Positions 46,917-56,457 of a stretch of DNA of 64,000 nt are shown piece by piece. The notes under the pieces were generated by a model. It was not told the DNA's origin. It searched no databases and saw only the letters and a program-made list of their open reading frames with translations. Origin of the DNA: Vulcanimicrobiota bacterium (GTDB lineage Bacteria; Vulcanimicrobiota; Vulcanimicrobiia; Vulcanimicrobiales; Vulcanimicrobiaceae); contig CAWETW010000003.1 in assembly GCA_963812155.1 (NCBI GenBank), positions 832,001 through 896,000 on the forward strand. Reading direction: 5' to 3'. The position numbers were made by a program, and so were the translations under genes. Every line of letters begins with the position of its first letter. Position 1 is the first letter of the stretch.

Positions 46917-47746
46917 GAGGCGTTGGCCGCGCTGCCGAGGCGCGTTGCCACGACGAACGCGTTCATCAGTGCCGGATAATTCGCAGCCGCAAATCGCACG
47001 GCGCGGGCGCCGGCCCTCGCGAAGCCGGGCATCAATTCGATGAAATCTGCATTCTCCACGTTGACCGTTTCGATGAGGAGTTCGAAAGGCGGCTCGAAGA
47101 CGAACGGCTTCGCATCGGCAACGCGGCCCATGGCGTGGCGCGCGCCCTCGCGAATCGCGTCGCGCGCGGCACGGGGCGTCAGCGAGTTGACCGCGGAATA
47201 TCCGACCGCATCCTTGACCGCGACGCCGACGCACCAGGGCATGACGGCGGTCACGGCGTCGACCGTTTGCCGATCGCCGGTAACGAGCAGCAGCGGCACA
47301 CCGTACGCGCCCGCCAGGGCGGCCGTCAACAATGCCTCGCTGCACGGCGTGCCGTTGACGCGCACGTCATAGATCGTCTCGGGACTGTACGTATGCGAGA
47401 GCGTCGCGGCCTCGCCGGCCCGGCCGTGGTATCCGGTGAAGAACGCGCCTGCGAAACTGCCGTCGAGGCCTTGTCCCATCGACCACGGCTTGCGCGTGCC
47501 GGTGATCACGCGCAGGTCCTCGTCGCTCGGCAGCTCCTCCCAGACGAGATTGCGCATGTCCCAGTGCGAGTCGTTGACGAGAACGGCGGTCGCGCCGGCG
47601 GAGCGCGCCCCGTCGATTGCGGCGCTCACTTCCTGCGTCATATAGCGGCGGTAAACGGGATACTCGGACGTATCGGAAGGATCGCATTGCCGCCACGCGC
47701 ATACGCCGGCCGTGCCTTCCATATCGCACGAGATGTAGAGTTTCAT
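46913..47746 (-). CDS. M55 D-aminopeptidase (DppA family), copy 1
   Basis: SCDMEG, NDSH, GYH, HT and SE motifs. Confidence 0.92.
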   Translation of the reverse strand: MKLYISCDMEGTAGVCAWRQCDPSDTSEYPVYRRYMTQEVSAAIDGARSAGATAVLVNDSHWDMRNLVWEELPSDEDLRVITGTRKPWSMGQGLDGSFAGAFFTGYHGRAGEAATLSHTYSPETIYDVRVNGTPCSEALLTAALAGAYGVPLLLVTGDRQTVDAVTAVMPWCVGVAVKDAVGYSAVNSLTPRAARDAIREGARHAMGRVADAKPFVFEPPFELLIETVNVENADFIELMPGFARAGARAVRFAAANYPALMNAFVVATRLGSAANAS

Positions 47747-48177
47747 CGTTGGGACTGCTGGAGCGAGTCGCGCGCTTCGGAGAGCCCCGCAGCGGCTGCG
47801 ACGTTGTGCGCGTTCACGCGCAGCGCGCGGAGATACAGCGGAATCGCATCGGCGAAGCGGCCGGCTGCGAGATACATGTCGCCGAGTTGCGTGATCGCGA
47901 CGTCGTCCTTCGGATGGGTTGCGATGCGGTTGCGGAGCGCGCGCAACTGTTCGGCGACCGCGGGCGGCGGCCCGCCTTCGACGCTCTGTTGGGAACCTTG
48001 CGACCTCTGTCCCGCGGCAGCGGCATTCGGGTTCGCGGCCTTACCGAAAACCGTTCCCGTAACGCCGAAGCCCTCGATCAGCAAATAGGCCATCGTCGCC
48101 AAGAAGACGAGCGCGATTGCGGCAAAGACCGGAACGGCGATGTGCGGCGGCAAGCCGCGCGAAGGCGTCGAGCGCAC
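47743..48177 (-). CDS. Membrane-anchored TPR protein
   Basis: N-terminal TM; LGDMYLAAGRFADAIPLYLRAL. Confidence 0.75.
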   Translation of the reverse strand: MRSTPSRGLPPHIAVPVFAAIALVFLATMAYLLIEGFGVTGTVFGKAANPNAAAAGQRSQGSQQSVEGGPPPAVAEQLRALRNRIATHPKDDVAITQLGDMYLAAGRFADAIPLYLRALRVNAHNVAAAAGLSEARDSLQQSQR

Positions 48178-48221
48178 GAAAGAGCGGGTTGGACGTGCGG
48201 CGAATGCGCCCCTTGCGACCG

Positions 48222-48782
48222 ATGACGATGACCAATATTCCCTCCGAATCCGACGTGCAGCTCCTCTTCGCTCGATTGAACTACGAGCATTTCAACGGCG
48301 AGGTTCCGGATTGCCGCATCCGCTACAACGAACGGTTTTCGAATTCGGCCGGGCGCATCAGCTACGGCGATCGTCCGATGACGATCGAGCTCTCGCCGAA
48401 ACATTTCCGGAAATACCCCGAAGCGCTCGTCGAGACGCTCCTTCACGAGATGATTCACGCGTGGTGCTTTGCGCGCTTTGGGGACATGGGGCACGGACCG
48501 CGCTTCAAGAAGAAGCTGCGCGAGTGCGGTATGTCGTCGATCTACCACGAGCTGGGCAACGTGCGGCCGCTGCGCGAGTCGAATCGCCGCTACCTGCTGC
48601 GCTGCGACCATTGCGCGTTCGAGGTGCTGCGTAAACGCAAGCCGGCCAAGCCGGCCAGCTGTCCACACTGCAATAAGCGCCGCTTCGATCCGCGCTATCC
48701 GCTCGCGATCTACGAAATCGTCGAGATGCGCCACCTCGGCGATACGGTGTTGGGTATGAAGGCGGCCGAACGCGGCCGATAG
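48222..48782 (+). CDS. SprT-like zinc metalloprotease with zinc ribbon
   Basis: LLHEMIH, HGPRF, CDHC and CPHC motifs. Confidence 0.88.
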   Translation: MTMTNIPSESDVQLLFARLNYEHFNGEVPDCRIRYNERFSNSAGRISYGDRPMTIELSPKHFRKYPEALVETLLHEMIHAWCFARFGDMGHGPRFKKKLRECGMSSIYHELGNVRPLRESNRRYLLRCDHCAFEVLRKRKPAKPASCPHCNKRRFDPRYPLAIYEIVEMRHLGDTVLGMKAAERGR

Positions 48783-48908
48783 ACTGCGGGCGCGGGCAAA
48801 CCGGACGCTTGCTGTACGACCGAGCAAAGGAGAAGCTTCGGGAGCAGGAAGCGCGGTCGACGGGCCCTTCTAGGGCCTCGGCGAATCCTTGGTTTCGGAG
48901 GTATCCCT

Positions 48909-49970
48909 ATGAAACGTCTGAGCAGCGTCGTAGGAGCGTGCCTTACCGCGGCGTTCTTGGTCGCGTGCGGTGGCAGTAGTAACCGCCTTTCCCCATCAAC
49001 GCCAACCTCGTTGGTGTCTGCGATCGCAGGATCACGATCCGAAGTCGTAAGGCAGGCGCCGCTCCCAGCAGCCGCGGGCGCCAATCTGTATGTCGTAAAT
49101 GGTGGAGACTCCACCGTGACGATCTATGCCTCGGGCAGCTCGTCACCGCTTCGCACGATCGCCTACCGCATGAACTCACCATACCGTTTGGCGTTCGACA
49201 GTTCCGGCAATCTTTACGTTGGGAACATTTTCGGCTCCAAGATGGCCGGCAGCGTAAGAGTGTATGCGCGAGGAAAAGCGATATTGCTCAGAACGATCAG
49301 ACAGGGCGTGAGCGACCCGTGGCCACTGGTGTTTGACGGCTCCGGCAACCTCTATGTCGGCAATCAAAACGCCAACACGGTAACAGTCTATGCTCCGGAC
49401 GGTACATCCGTGCTGCGAACGATTTCAAATACGTTCGGCCCGGTGGCGCTAGCCTTTGACGGGTCCGGTAATCTGTACGTCGCAAATTATAGGGTTCAGA
49501 AGGTAACCGTTTACGCCCCCGGCAGCACGTCGGTGCTGCGAACGATTTCCAAGGGTATCAGCGATCCGTGGACTTTGGCGTTTGACGGTTCCGGCAATCT
49601 GTACGTTACGGGCCAGTACAACAACACCGTGACAGTCTATGCACCCGGCAGCACCTCCGTGCTTCGGACGATTTCACAAGGTATAAACAGCCCGCAGGCT
49701 TTGGCGTTTGACGGGAAAGGCAATCTTTACGTCGGAAATTTTGGCGCTAACGACGTCACCGTCTACGCCCCGGGCAGCAGCAAGGTCCTTCGGAAAATCT
49801 CACAAGGCGTGAACTATCCGTACGCGCTTGCGCTCGACTCCTCCGGCAATCTTTACGTTGCAAACATCGACGGCAACACCGTAACGGTCTACTCCCCCGG
49901 CGGTAAGAGCCTGTTGCGCACGATCTCCCAGGGAGTTTCTGCTCCGTCCGCACTAGCGTTTGGGCCCTGA
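48909..49970 (+). CDS. NHL-repeat beta-propeller lipoprotein (7 blades)
   Basis: GGAGG RBS; lipobox LVAC; seven ~42-aa NLYV..VTVY..LRTI..P..LAFD repeats. Confidence 0.88.
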   Translation: MKRLSSVVGACLTAAFLVACGGSSNRLSPSTPTSLVSAIAGSRSEVVRQAPLPAAAGANLYVVNGGDSTVTIYASGSSSPLRTIAYRMNSPYRLAFDSSGNLYVGNIFGSKMAGSVRVYARGKAILLRTIRQGVSDPWPLVFDGSGNLYVGNQNANTVTVYAPDGTSVLRTISNTFGPVALAFDGSGNLYVANYRVQKVTVYAPGSTSVLRTISKGISDPWTLAFDGSGNLYVTGQYNNTVTVYAPGSTSVLRTISQGINSPQALAFDGKGNLYVGNFGANDVTVYAPGSSKVLRKISQGVNYPYALALDSSGNLYVANIDGNTVTVYSPGGKSLLRTISQGVSAPSALAFGP

Positions 49971-49996
49971 GTCTGAATATACAACGGCGGCACGGC

Positions 49997-51472
49997 CTAC
50001 TCGTTGTCGGGGGGGATCGCGGAAGGCGTTTGGTTGAGGAACGTATCGGGGCCGTAGGGCGCCGTGATGTCGGCGCCGCGGCGCGGATCGAGCGAGAAGT
50101 CGAAGGCGTTCGAAAGGCTGGTGGCGCGCCCGTCGGTGTAACCGTCTTGCAGCGTCCCGAGCACCGGCAAATCGAACGTTTCCTCGATGAACTTCAGGAT
50201 GCTGCCGAACTCGTACTGGGTGTGGACGACGTGCGACTTGAGGCCGTAGGTGAACGGAGAGATGATAAGGCAAGGCACGCGAATACCCAACCCGCGAAAG
50301 TCGCCTTGCACGAACGTTCCGCCGAATCTCGGCGACTGCGGCGGCACGGCTAAGTCGGACCATCCGCCATAGTCGTCCCATACGACGACGATTGCGGTGC
50401 TCTGCCAGAGCGCCGAGTTGTGATGGATCGCGTTCACGACGCTTGCCACCCACGAGGGGCCTTTATTGCTGTTGTCCGGGCGCGTTTCGGCGTGATCCGA
50501 ATTACGGACGTCCGGGACCACCCACGCCACGTTCGGAAACGTGCAGGTGTGCGAAGCGCAGCGCGCGTCTTTGAGAATGGTCGACGGCGGGGAGACGACT
50601 TTCGACCAGTCCGCACCGTGGCGGACGTTCTCGATGGCATCGAAGGCCGACCACAGTGGTCCGCCCGGATCGCACTTCCCGACCGGCGTCACGCACGGAG
50701 CGTAATATTTCCAGGAAACGCCGGCCGCATCGAGCGTGTCCGCCATCGTCTTGAACTCCGTCAAGCACGGAAACGGACCGGCGGATTCGTACAGCCGGTT
50801 CACGCCGTTGTAGTGGATGTACGGACTGACGGTGCTCGGCGGCGCGTCGCAGCCCCACGGTTCGTTCGAGGGCAGATCGACGAGCGCGTTGTTGCCGGGC
50901 ACGAGGTCGTCGTTGCCGGCAATGAGCGTAAGATGCCCGGTGAAGCTGGCTCCGAACTCGGTCGGAAACATCTCGTCGGCGACGACGTACTGCTGCGCCA
51001 TCTCCCAGTAGGGGCCCGCCTCATCCGGAGTGTCGGGAACGTACGCGTACGGAAGCGTCGGCGGGTCGTAGTAAAACGCGTCGTAGCAAAAGCCGTCCAT
51101 CGTTCCGCCGTCGAACGATTTGAGCGAGGATCCCCAACTGTGGTTGATGTCGTGCGGGTACTCCAACTTGATGGGTTGGAGCACGATGTGCGGTTTTTCG
51201 AGAATGCTCGGACAGTTCGCAATTCCGCTGGTATGCCGCCTGAGACCCATGAGGTGCCCGTTCGGATCGCCGAAGATGTTGTCGAGGCTGCGATTCTCCT
51301 GGACGATCACGACGACGTGTTTGATGCACTTGACGGTGCCATTGCAGGTTGCGGGCCGAACGGCTCGCGCGGAAGCAAACGGCGTTTGCGCGTCACCGCC
51401 GGGCGCTGCGCACCCGGCGAGCGCGACCGCCGCCACGGCGGCGAAGGCCAGCGCGGGTGTGCGGCCGTTCAC
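49997..51472 (-). CDS. Phosphoesterase/phospholipase C family lipoprotein
   Basis: Lipobox LAGC; IKHVVVIVQENRSLDN, WDDYGG and GIRVPCLIISP motifs. Confidence 0.88.
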   Translation of the reverse strand: MNGRTPALAFAAVAAVALAGCAAPGGDAQTPFASARAVRPATCNGTVKCIKHVVVIVQENRSLDNIFGDPNGHLMGLRRHTSGIANCPSILEKPHIVLQPIKLEYPHDINHSWGSSLKSFDGGTMDGFCYDAFYYDPPTLPYAYVPDTPDEAGPYWEMAQQYVVADEMFPTEFGASFTGHLTLIAGNDDLVPGNNALVDLPSNEPWGCDAPPSTVSPYIHYNGVNRLYESAGPFPCLTEFKTMADTLDAAGVSWKYYAPCVTPVGKCDPGGPLWSAFDAIENVRHGADWSKVVSPPSTILKDARCASHTCTFPNVAWVVPDVRNSDHAETRPDNSNKGPSWVASVVNAIHHNSALWQSTAIVVVWDDYGGWSDLAVPPQSPRFGGTFVQGDFRGLGIRVPCLIISPFTYGLKSHVVHTQYEFGSILKFIEETFDLPVLGTLQDGYTDGRATSLSNAFDFSLDPRRGADITAPYGPDTFLNQTPSAIPPDNE

Positions 51473-51915
51473 GACATGGGCCGCCGGTAGAGTTCGAAGA
51501 CGGCGTCGCGTTCGAATCCCAGCTGCGAATAGAAGCGCGTCAGATGCGGTTCGGAGAACGGCAGTTCGACCAGAATGGCGCGCGCCTTCGTGCTGTCGGC
51601 GTACGCAATTGCGGCTTCGACCAAGCGCCTGCCGATGCCGCGCGCACGTAGCGCCGTTCCGACGTAGAGATCGCTCAAGAACCATTGCCGCCTTGCGTAC
51701 CACGACGAAAAAAGCGGATAGAGCTGGAGGAATCCGGCAGCGACGCCGTCGTCGAAGGCTGCGAAGACGACCGATTCGTCGCGCTCGAGTCGCTTGGCGA
51801 GAAAACCGCGTGAGACGGCGAGGTCGGGCTTTTTCGTGAAGAATTCGCGGTACGCATCGAAAAGCGGCGCAATGGCGTCCACGTCGGCGGCGCCCGCGCG
51901 GCGAATCGAGAGCAT
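51469..51915 (-). CDS. GNAT N-acetyltransferase
   Basis: [20 protein letters not shown] and FYSQLGF motifs. Confidence 0.88.
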   Translation of the reverse strand: MLSIRRAGAADVDAIAPLFDAYREFFTKKPDLAVSRGFLAKRLERDESVVFAAFDDGVAAGFLQLYPLFSSWYARRQWFLSDLYVGTALRARGIGRRLVEAAIAYADSTKARAILVELPFSEPHLTRFYSQLGFERDAVFELYRRPMS

Positions 51916-52017
51916 AAGGCTGGATGCGCCCGCCGCCGCCGGAAAACCTCGCGAACCGGAGCCGGATTCCGACCAAGGTCGAGGCAGAGTATTGCGGTCG
52001 CGAGCGAAGATGGACGC

Positions 52018-53449
52018 ATGACGACCGCAAACGCAATCATTGGGTCCGGCGCGACCCGCGCGGAGAGCGACTCGATGGGCAGCATCGACGTTCCTGCCGA
52101 CAAGTACTACGGCGCGCAATCGGCGCGCTCGCTCGTGCACTTCGATATCGGCGACGGCACCTGGCCGCGCGACGTGATGCCGAAGCCCGTCATTCGTGCG
52201 ATGGCGACGCTGAAGAAGGCGGCGGCGCTGGTCAATCGCGATCTGGGCAAACTCGACGGCGAACGCGCCGATTTGATCGTGCGGGCGGCCGACGAGATCG
52301 TCGAGGGAAAGCTCGACGCGCACTTTCCGCTGCGCGTGTGGCAGACGGGTTCCGGCACGCAGACGAACATGAACGTCAACGAAGTCATTTCGAACCGCGC
52401 GATCGAGCTTGCCGGCGGCCGGATGGGTTCCGAAAAAACCCGTGCACCCCAACGATCACGTCAACATGTCGCAGTCGTCCAACGACACGTTCCCGACGGC
52501 AATGCACGTGGCCGCGGCGCAGGCGATGTCGGAGATGCTGCCGGCGGTCGAGGCGTTGCGCGACGCGCTAGCGGTCAAGGCGAAGCAGTGGTCGCATATC
52601 GTCAAGGTCGGGCGGACGCACTTGCAGGACGCGACGCCGCTCACGCTGGGGCAAGAGTTTTCGGGCTACGTTACACAGCTGGACCGCGCGATGACTGCCT
52701 GCCGCGAGGCATTGAACCATCTCTACGATTTGGCGATCGGCGGCACGGCGGTCGGAACGGGGCTCAACGCGCATCCTGAGTTTGGCGAGCGCACCGCTAA
52801 GCGGATTGCGGAACTCACCGGGCTGCCGTTCCGCTCGCATCCGAACAAGTTCACCGCACTCGCATCGCACGACGACTTCGTCTTTGCATCCGGCGCACTC
52901 AAAATGCTGGCGGCGGCGCTGATGAAGATCGCCAACGACGTGCGCTGGCTGTCTTCGGGTCCGCGCGCTGGGATCGGCGAACTCATTTTGCCGGAAAACG
53001 AGCCGGGCAGTTCGATTATGCCGGGCAAGGTGAATCCGACGCAATCCGAAGCAATGACGATGGTCTGCGTACAGGTCTACGGCAACGACCTCGCCATTTC
53101 GCTCGGCGCGTCGCAAGGGAACTTCGAGCTGAACGTGTTTAATCCGGTGATGATCTACAATTTTCTGCACTCGGCAACGCTGCTGCGCGACGCCTGCACG
53201 ATGTTCCGCGAACACGCGATCGAAGGGCTGCAGGCCAACGAGGAGCAGATAAAACGCTATCTCGACCGCTCCCTGATGACCGTCACCGCGCTCGCGCCGC
53301 ACATCGGTTACGACAAGGCTGCCGAAATCGCCAAGCACGCGCACCATCACGAGAAGACGCTCAAAGAAGCGGCGCTCGAACTGGGCCACGTCAGCGAAGA
53401 GGATTTCGACCGCATCGTCGTTCCCAAGGACATGACGTACCCGAAGTAG
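52018..53449 (+). CDS. fumC: Class II fumarate hydratase (frameshift near 52430)
   Basis: [27 protein letters not shown] and [11 protein letters not shown] motifs. Confidence 0.95.
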
Positions 53450-53459
53450 TGCACGGGCC

Positions 53460-54452
53460 TCATAGTCCGTCGAGTTCGAACGCTTCGGCGCGGCCGTTGT
53501 AGGTGCCGACGCCGACGATGCCGCCACTGGGCGTGAATGCGTACGCGCATTCGAAGCGCCAGCCCGGTTTGCCGGCAACGTCGTCGAGTCGGACGAGCGT
53601 GCCGTTGTGCCAGACGAAGGCGTAGTGGCGTCCTGCATCTTCCAGCATACCGGCAACGCGGCCACGGTCGTCGATCGCGTACGCGACGCTGAGTCTATTG
53701 CCGGAGACGGGCTCGATCGGCGTGCCCGAACCGGTCCATATTCGTGCATGCGGCGTCACGGCAAAGGCGGCGCCCTGCGCCGGCGGAACGTCCGCGCCCG
53801 CGGCTACGCCGCTTGCATTGATCGCGAGCGGCACGCCGCTGCCGAGCGGTTCGCGCACGCGCACGTGCCAGCGCAGGGCCGTAAAGCGTTCGTTGCTCGA
53901 CACGACGTTCGAGGGCGACGGAACGTTGTCGATCGTCGCCATGTATCCGGCCGCGTACGTACCTTTCGTTGCCGTCGCGATGCCGTTGCCCTCGTTCAAG
54001 CAGAGGCCGCTGCGCAGGTAGAGCACGACCGGCGCGTTCTGTCCGCTCGTGTCGTCGAGGTCGACGAGCGCGGGAGAGCGCATCGTCGCAATCAGCGCGC
54101 CGTCGTCGAGTTGTCCGGCGAGAAGCGGACCCGCGGAGTCGTGGGGAAACGCTTCACACGTTCCGAGGTCGACCGGCCGCGGACGCGCTCCGCTAAAACG
54201 CACGGGGCGATCCGAGTTGATGAAGAGCGCACCATCGCGGTCAAAGCCCGCGATCCATCCCGTCACGCCGATGACGCGGCTGCCGCCGGAGGTCCACATC
54301 ACCGGTCGCGTGCGAAAACCGGCGAACGTCACGGTCGCGGCGACGACGCCGGCGTGCGACACGGTCATCAACGCGCGCGAGCCGAGCGGCTCGATCGTCG
54401 CGTGTAGTGGAAGCGCCAGCATTTGGACGGTGACGAGCAGTGCGGCCAGCAT
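53460..54452 (-). CDS. Secreted protein with HAF-like extracellular repeats
   Basis: AINASG, AIDDRGRVAG..YAFVW and GGIVGVG..EAF segments. Confidence 0.65.
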   Translation of the reverse strand: MLAALLVTVQMLALPLHATIEPLGSRALMTVSHAGVVAATVTFAGFRTRPVMWTSGGSRVIGVTGWIAGFDRDGALFINSDRPVRFSGARPRPVDLGTCEAFPHDSAGPLLAGQLDDGALIATMRSPALVDLDDTSGQNAPVVLYLRSGLCLNEGNGIATATKGTYAAGYMATIDNVPSPSNVVSSNERFTALRWHVRVREPLGSGVPLAINASGVAAGADVPPAQGAAFAVTPHARIWTGSGTPIEPVSGNRLSVAYAIDDRGRVAGMLEDAGRHYAFVWHNGTLVRLDDVAGKPGWRFECAYAFTPSGGIVGVGTYNGRAEAFELDGL

Positions 54453-55687
54453 TAGCGGGTTTCGTTGCGAATTGCGGGGGTGACCAATGCTGCAAAGGCG
54501 ATGACGAGATAACCGATGCAGGCGATCCACATGGCGTCGTGCGGGCTGTGCTTATCGGCGACCCATCCGAAGAGCAGGACGCCCGGTGCGATGCTCGACA
54601 GCACGAATACGCGCACCGCCCCCATCACGCGGCCGATCATTTCCTCGGGCGTCACCCGCATGCGAAAACCGATGACTTGCGCGACTTCGAAGTTCGCGAG
54701 CGTGTTGGAGAGCGCCCAAAACACGGCCACCAGCCACACGTTGCGCACGAGCACGACCGGCAGAAATGCCAATCCGTCGAGCACGTATGCGGTGGTCAGC
54801 GCACGTCCGAAGGGCCAGCGCGTAGAATACCGCGACGCGAACCACGCCCCGATCACGGCGCCCGCTGCCGAGATTCCAAAGAAGATACCGACGATCTGAT
54901 CGGTCGCACCGAAACCTTTCTTGAGAAACGGAATGAGAATCGCGTAGCAGCCGAAGCCGAAGAAATTAAACGCAAATGCGGCGAGCGCTTGCGCGCGCAT
55001 CGCGGCGTCGCCCCAGAGCTGGCGAAACCCGAGCGCGATGTCGTCGGCGAGGTGGCGCGGCTTGGGAACGCCTTGGACGGTGTCGGGACCGAGCGAACGA
55101 ATGCGCAACAGCGACATCTGCGACCCGAGGTAGGTCAGCGCGTTGAGCATCAGCGCCGGCAGCGGGCCGAAGAAGGCGAAGATCGCGCCACCGATGACCG
55201 GCGTCACGAGATTCGACGCATTCTCCGACGCGATCAGCAGCGCAATCGCTTCGGTCGAGCGTTCTTTGCCCAGCAAGTACGGAATGCTCGACGACTGTGC
55301 GCCCAGGAACGCCGCCGCGCAGGTCGAGATGACGATCAGGCCGCCGTAGATCATCGGCAGCGTCAGGAAATGCTGCCAGTACGCCACCGCGAAGAAGGCC
55401 ATCACGAGAAAGCGAATGGCATCGCAGCCGATCATGAGACGGCGGCGGTCGAGCCGGTCGGCCAGCGAACCGCCGACGAGCGAAAAGAGCGAGAACGGCA
55501 CGATCTCGCAGATGAACGCGCCGCCGGTCGAGAGAGCCGAGTGCGTCAGGTGGTAGGCCAGCAGCGGCATCGCGAGCGTGCGCAACCCGTCGCCGAGCAG
55601 GCTCAGCGACTGACCGACGAAGTACTGCCGGAACGCGCGCGACGCGAAGATGCTCGGCCGTCTGCGCCGGGCGCGGGCCGGCGTCAT
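54452..55687 (-). CDS. MFS transporter
   Basis: GSLADRLDRRRLM motif A; ~12 TMs. Confidence 0.9.
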   Translation of the reverse strand: MTPARARRRRPSIFASRAFRQYFVGQSLSLLGDGLRTLAMPLLAYHLTHSALSTGGAFICEIVPFSLFSLVGGSLADRLDRRRLMIGCDAIRFLVMAFFAVAYWQHFLTLPMIYGGLIVISTCAAAFLGAQSSSIPYLLGKERSTEAIALLIASENASNLVTPVIGGAIFAFFGPLPALMLNALTYLGSQMSLLRIRSLGPDTVQGVPKPRHLADDIALGFRQLWGDAAMRAQALAAFAFNFFGFGCYAILIPFLKKGFGATDQIVGIFFGISAAGAVIGAWFASRYSTRWPFGRALTTAYVLDGLAFLPVVLVRNVWLVAVFWALSNTLANFEVAQVIGFRMRVTPEEMIGRVMGAVRVFVLSSIAPGVLLFGWVADKHSPHDAMWIACIGYLVIAFAALVTPAIRNETR

Positions 55688-56457
55688 AGGTGACGCCAGA
55701 CGAGCGATCCGGCGACGATAACGAGTCCGAACGCGACGACGAGAAGCAGGTGCGGCGATTTCATGCTCTTGGAAAAGCGCGCGCCGATCGGGCCGCCGAG
55801 CAGTCCGCCGGCGACCAGCGGCACGACGTCGTGCAGATCGACGTCGCGCTGCAGAGCGTGAACGACCAATCCGACCGGCGACGTCAACAGAATGCCGAAC
55901 TGCGACGTCGCGCTGACCGCATGAATCGGCAGTTCGGAGAAGTAGAGCAGCGTCGGCACGAGTATCACTCCGCCGCCCAGATCCGAACAGACTCGAGAAG
56001 ATGCCGATGAGAAAGCCCAGCAGCAACGCCGCGCGATACGACATGCCTTTGATTTCGTGCACGTGCTGGTGTTCGGGACGGCCGCGCATGCGCTTTTCGC
56101 GCGTTCCACGCCATGTCGACGGCGACGGAAAACAGCAGCACCGCAAGGATCCAGTCGAAGAGCCGCGGCGCGATGTGCAGCGAGAGCATCGCGCCGATGA
56201 CGCCGCCCGGCAGTCCGCCGGCCGCGAGCAGCAGGCCGATCTTCAAATGCACGCGGCGCTGCAAGAGGTAGGCGACGGCGCCGCTCGCGCTGCTGGCGAC
56301 GATCAGCACGAGCGACGTGCCGGCGGCTTCGGCCGGAGCGAGTCCGAAGAACAGGCGCAATGCGGGCACGAGAATAAAGCCGCCGCCGAGCCCGACCATC
56401 GCGCCGAAGACGCTGGCGAAGAACGCGAGCGCAAACAGCAAGAGCGCGGCTTCGCAC
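55684..56457 (-). CDS. TauE/SafE-family transporter (frameshifted)
   Basis: GLGGGFILVP and second-repeat LGGGVILVP in different frames. Confidence 0.8.
   Translation of the reverse strand: MRSRALAVCARVLRQRLRRDGRARRRLYSRARIAPVLRTRSGRSRRHVARADRRQQRERRRRLPLAAPRAFEDRPAARGRRTAGRRHRRDALAAHRAAALRLDPCGAAVFRRRRHGVERAKSACAAVPNTSTCTKSKACRIARRCCWAFSSASSRVCSDLGGGVILVPTLLYFSELPIHAVSATSQFGILLTSPVGLVVHALQRDVDLHDVVPLVAGGLLGGPIGARFSKSMKSPHLLLVVAFGLVIVAGSLVWRHL

Noticed and set aside
48909..49970. Diversity-generating retroelement target
   Set aside because: No reverse transcriptase or template repeat seen in the window, and differences between repeats are not obviously adenine-specific
52420..52445. Programmed frameshift in fumC at an A-run
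   Set aside because: Needs a +1 shift, has no in-frame slippery heptamer, and isolated single-base indels occur elsewhere (ndh, DRE-TIM gene)
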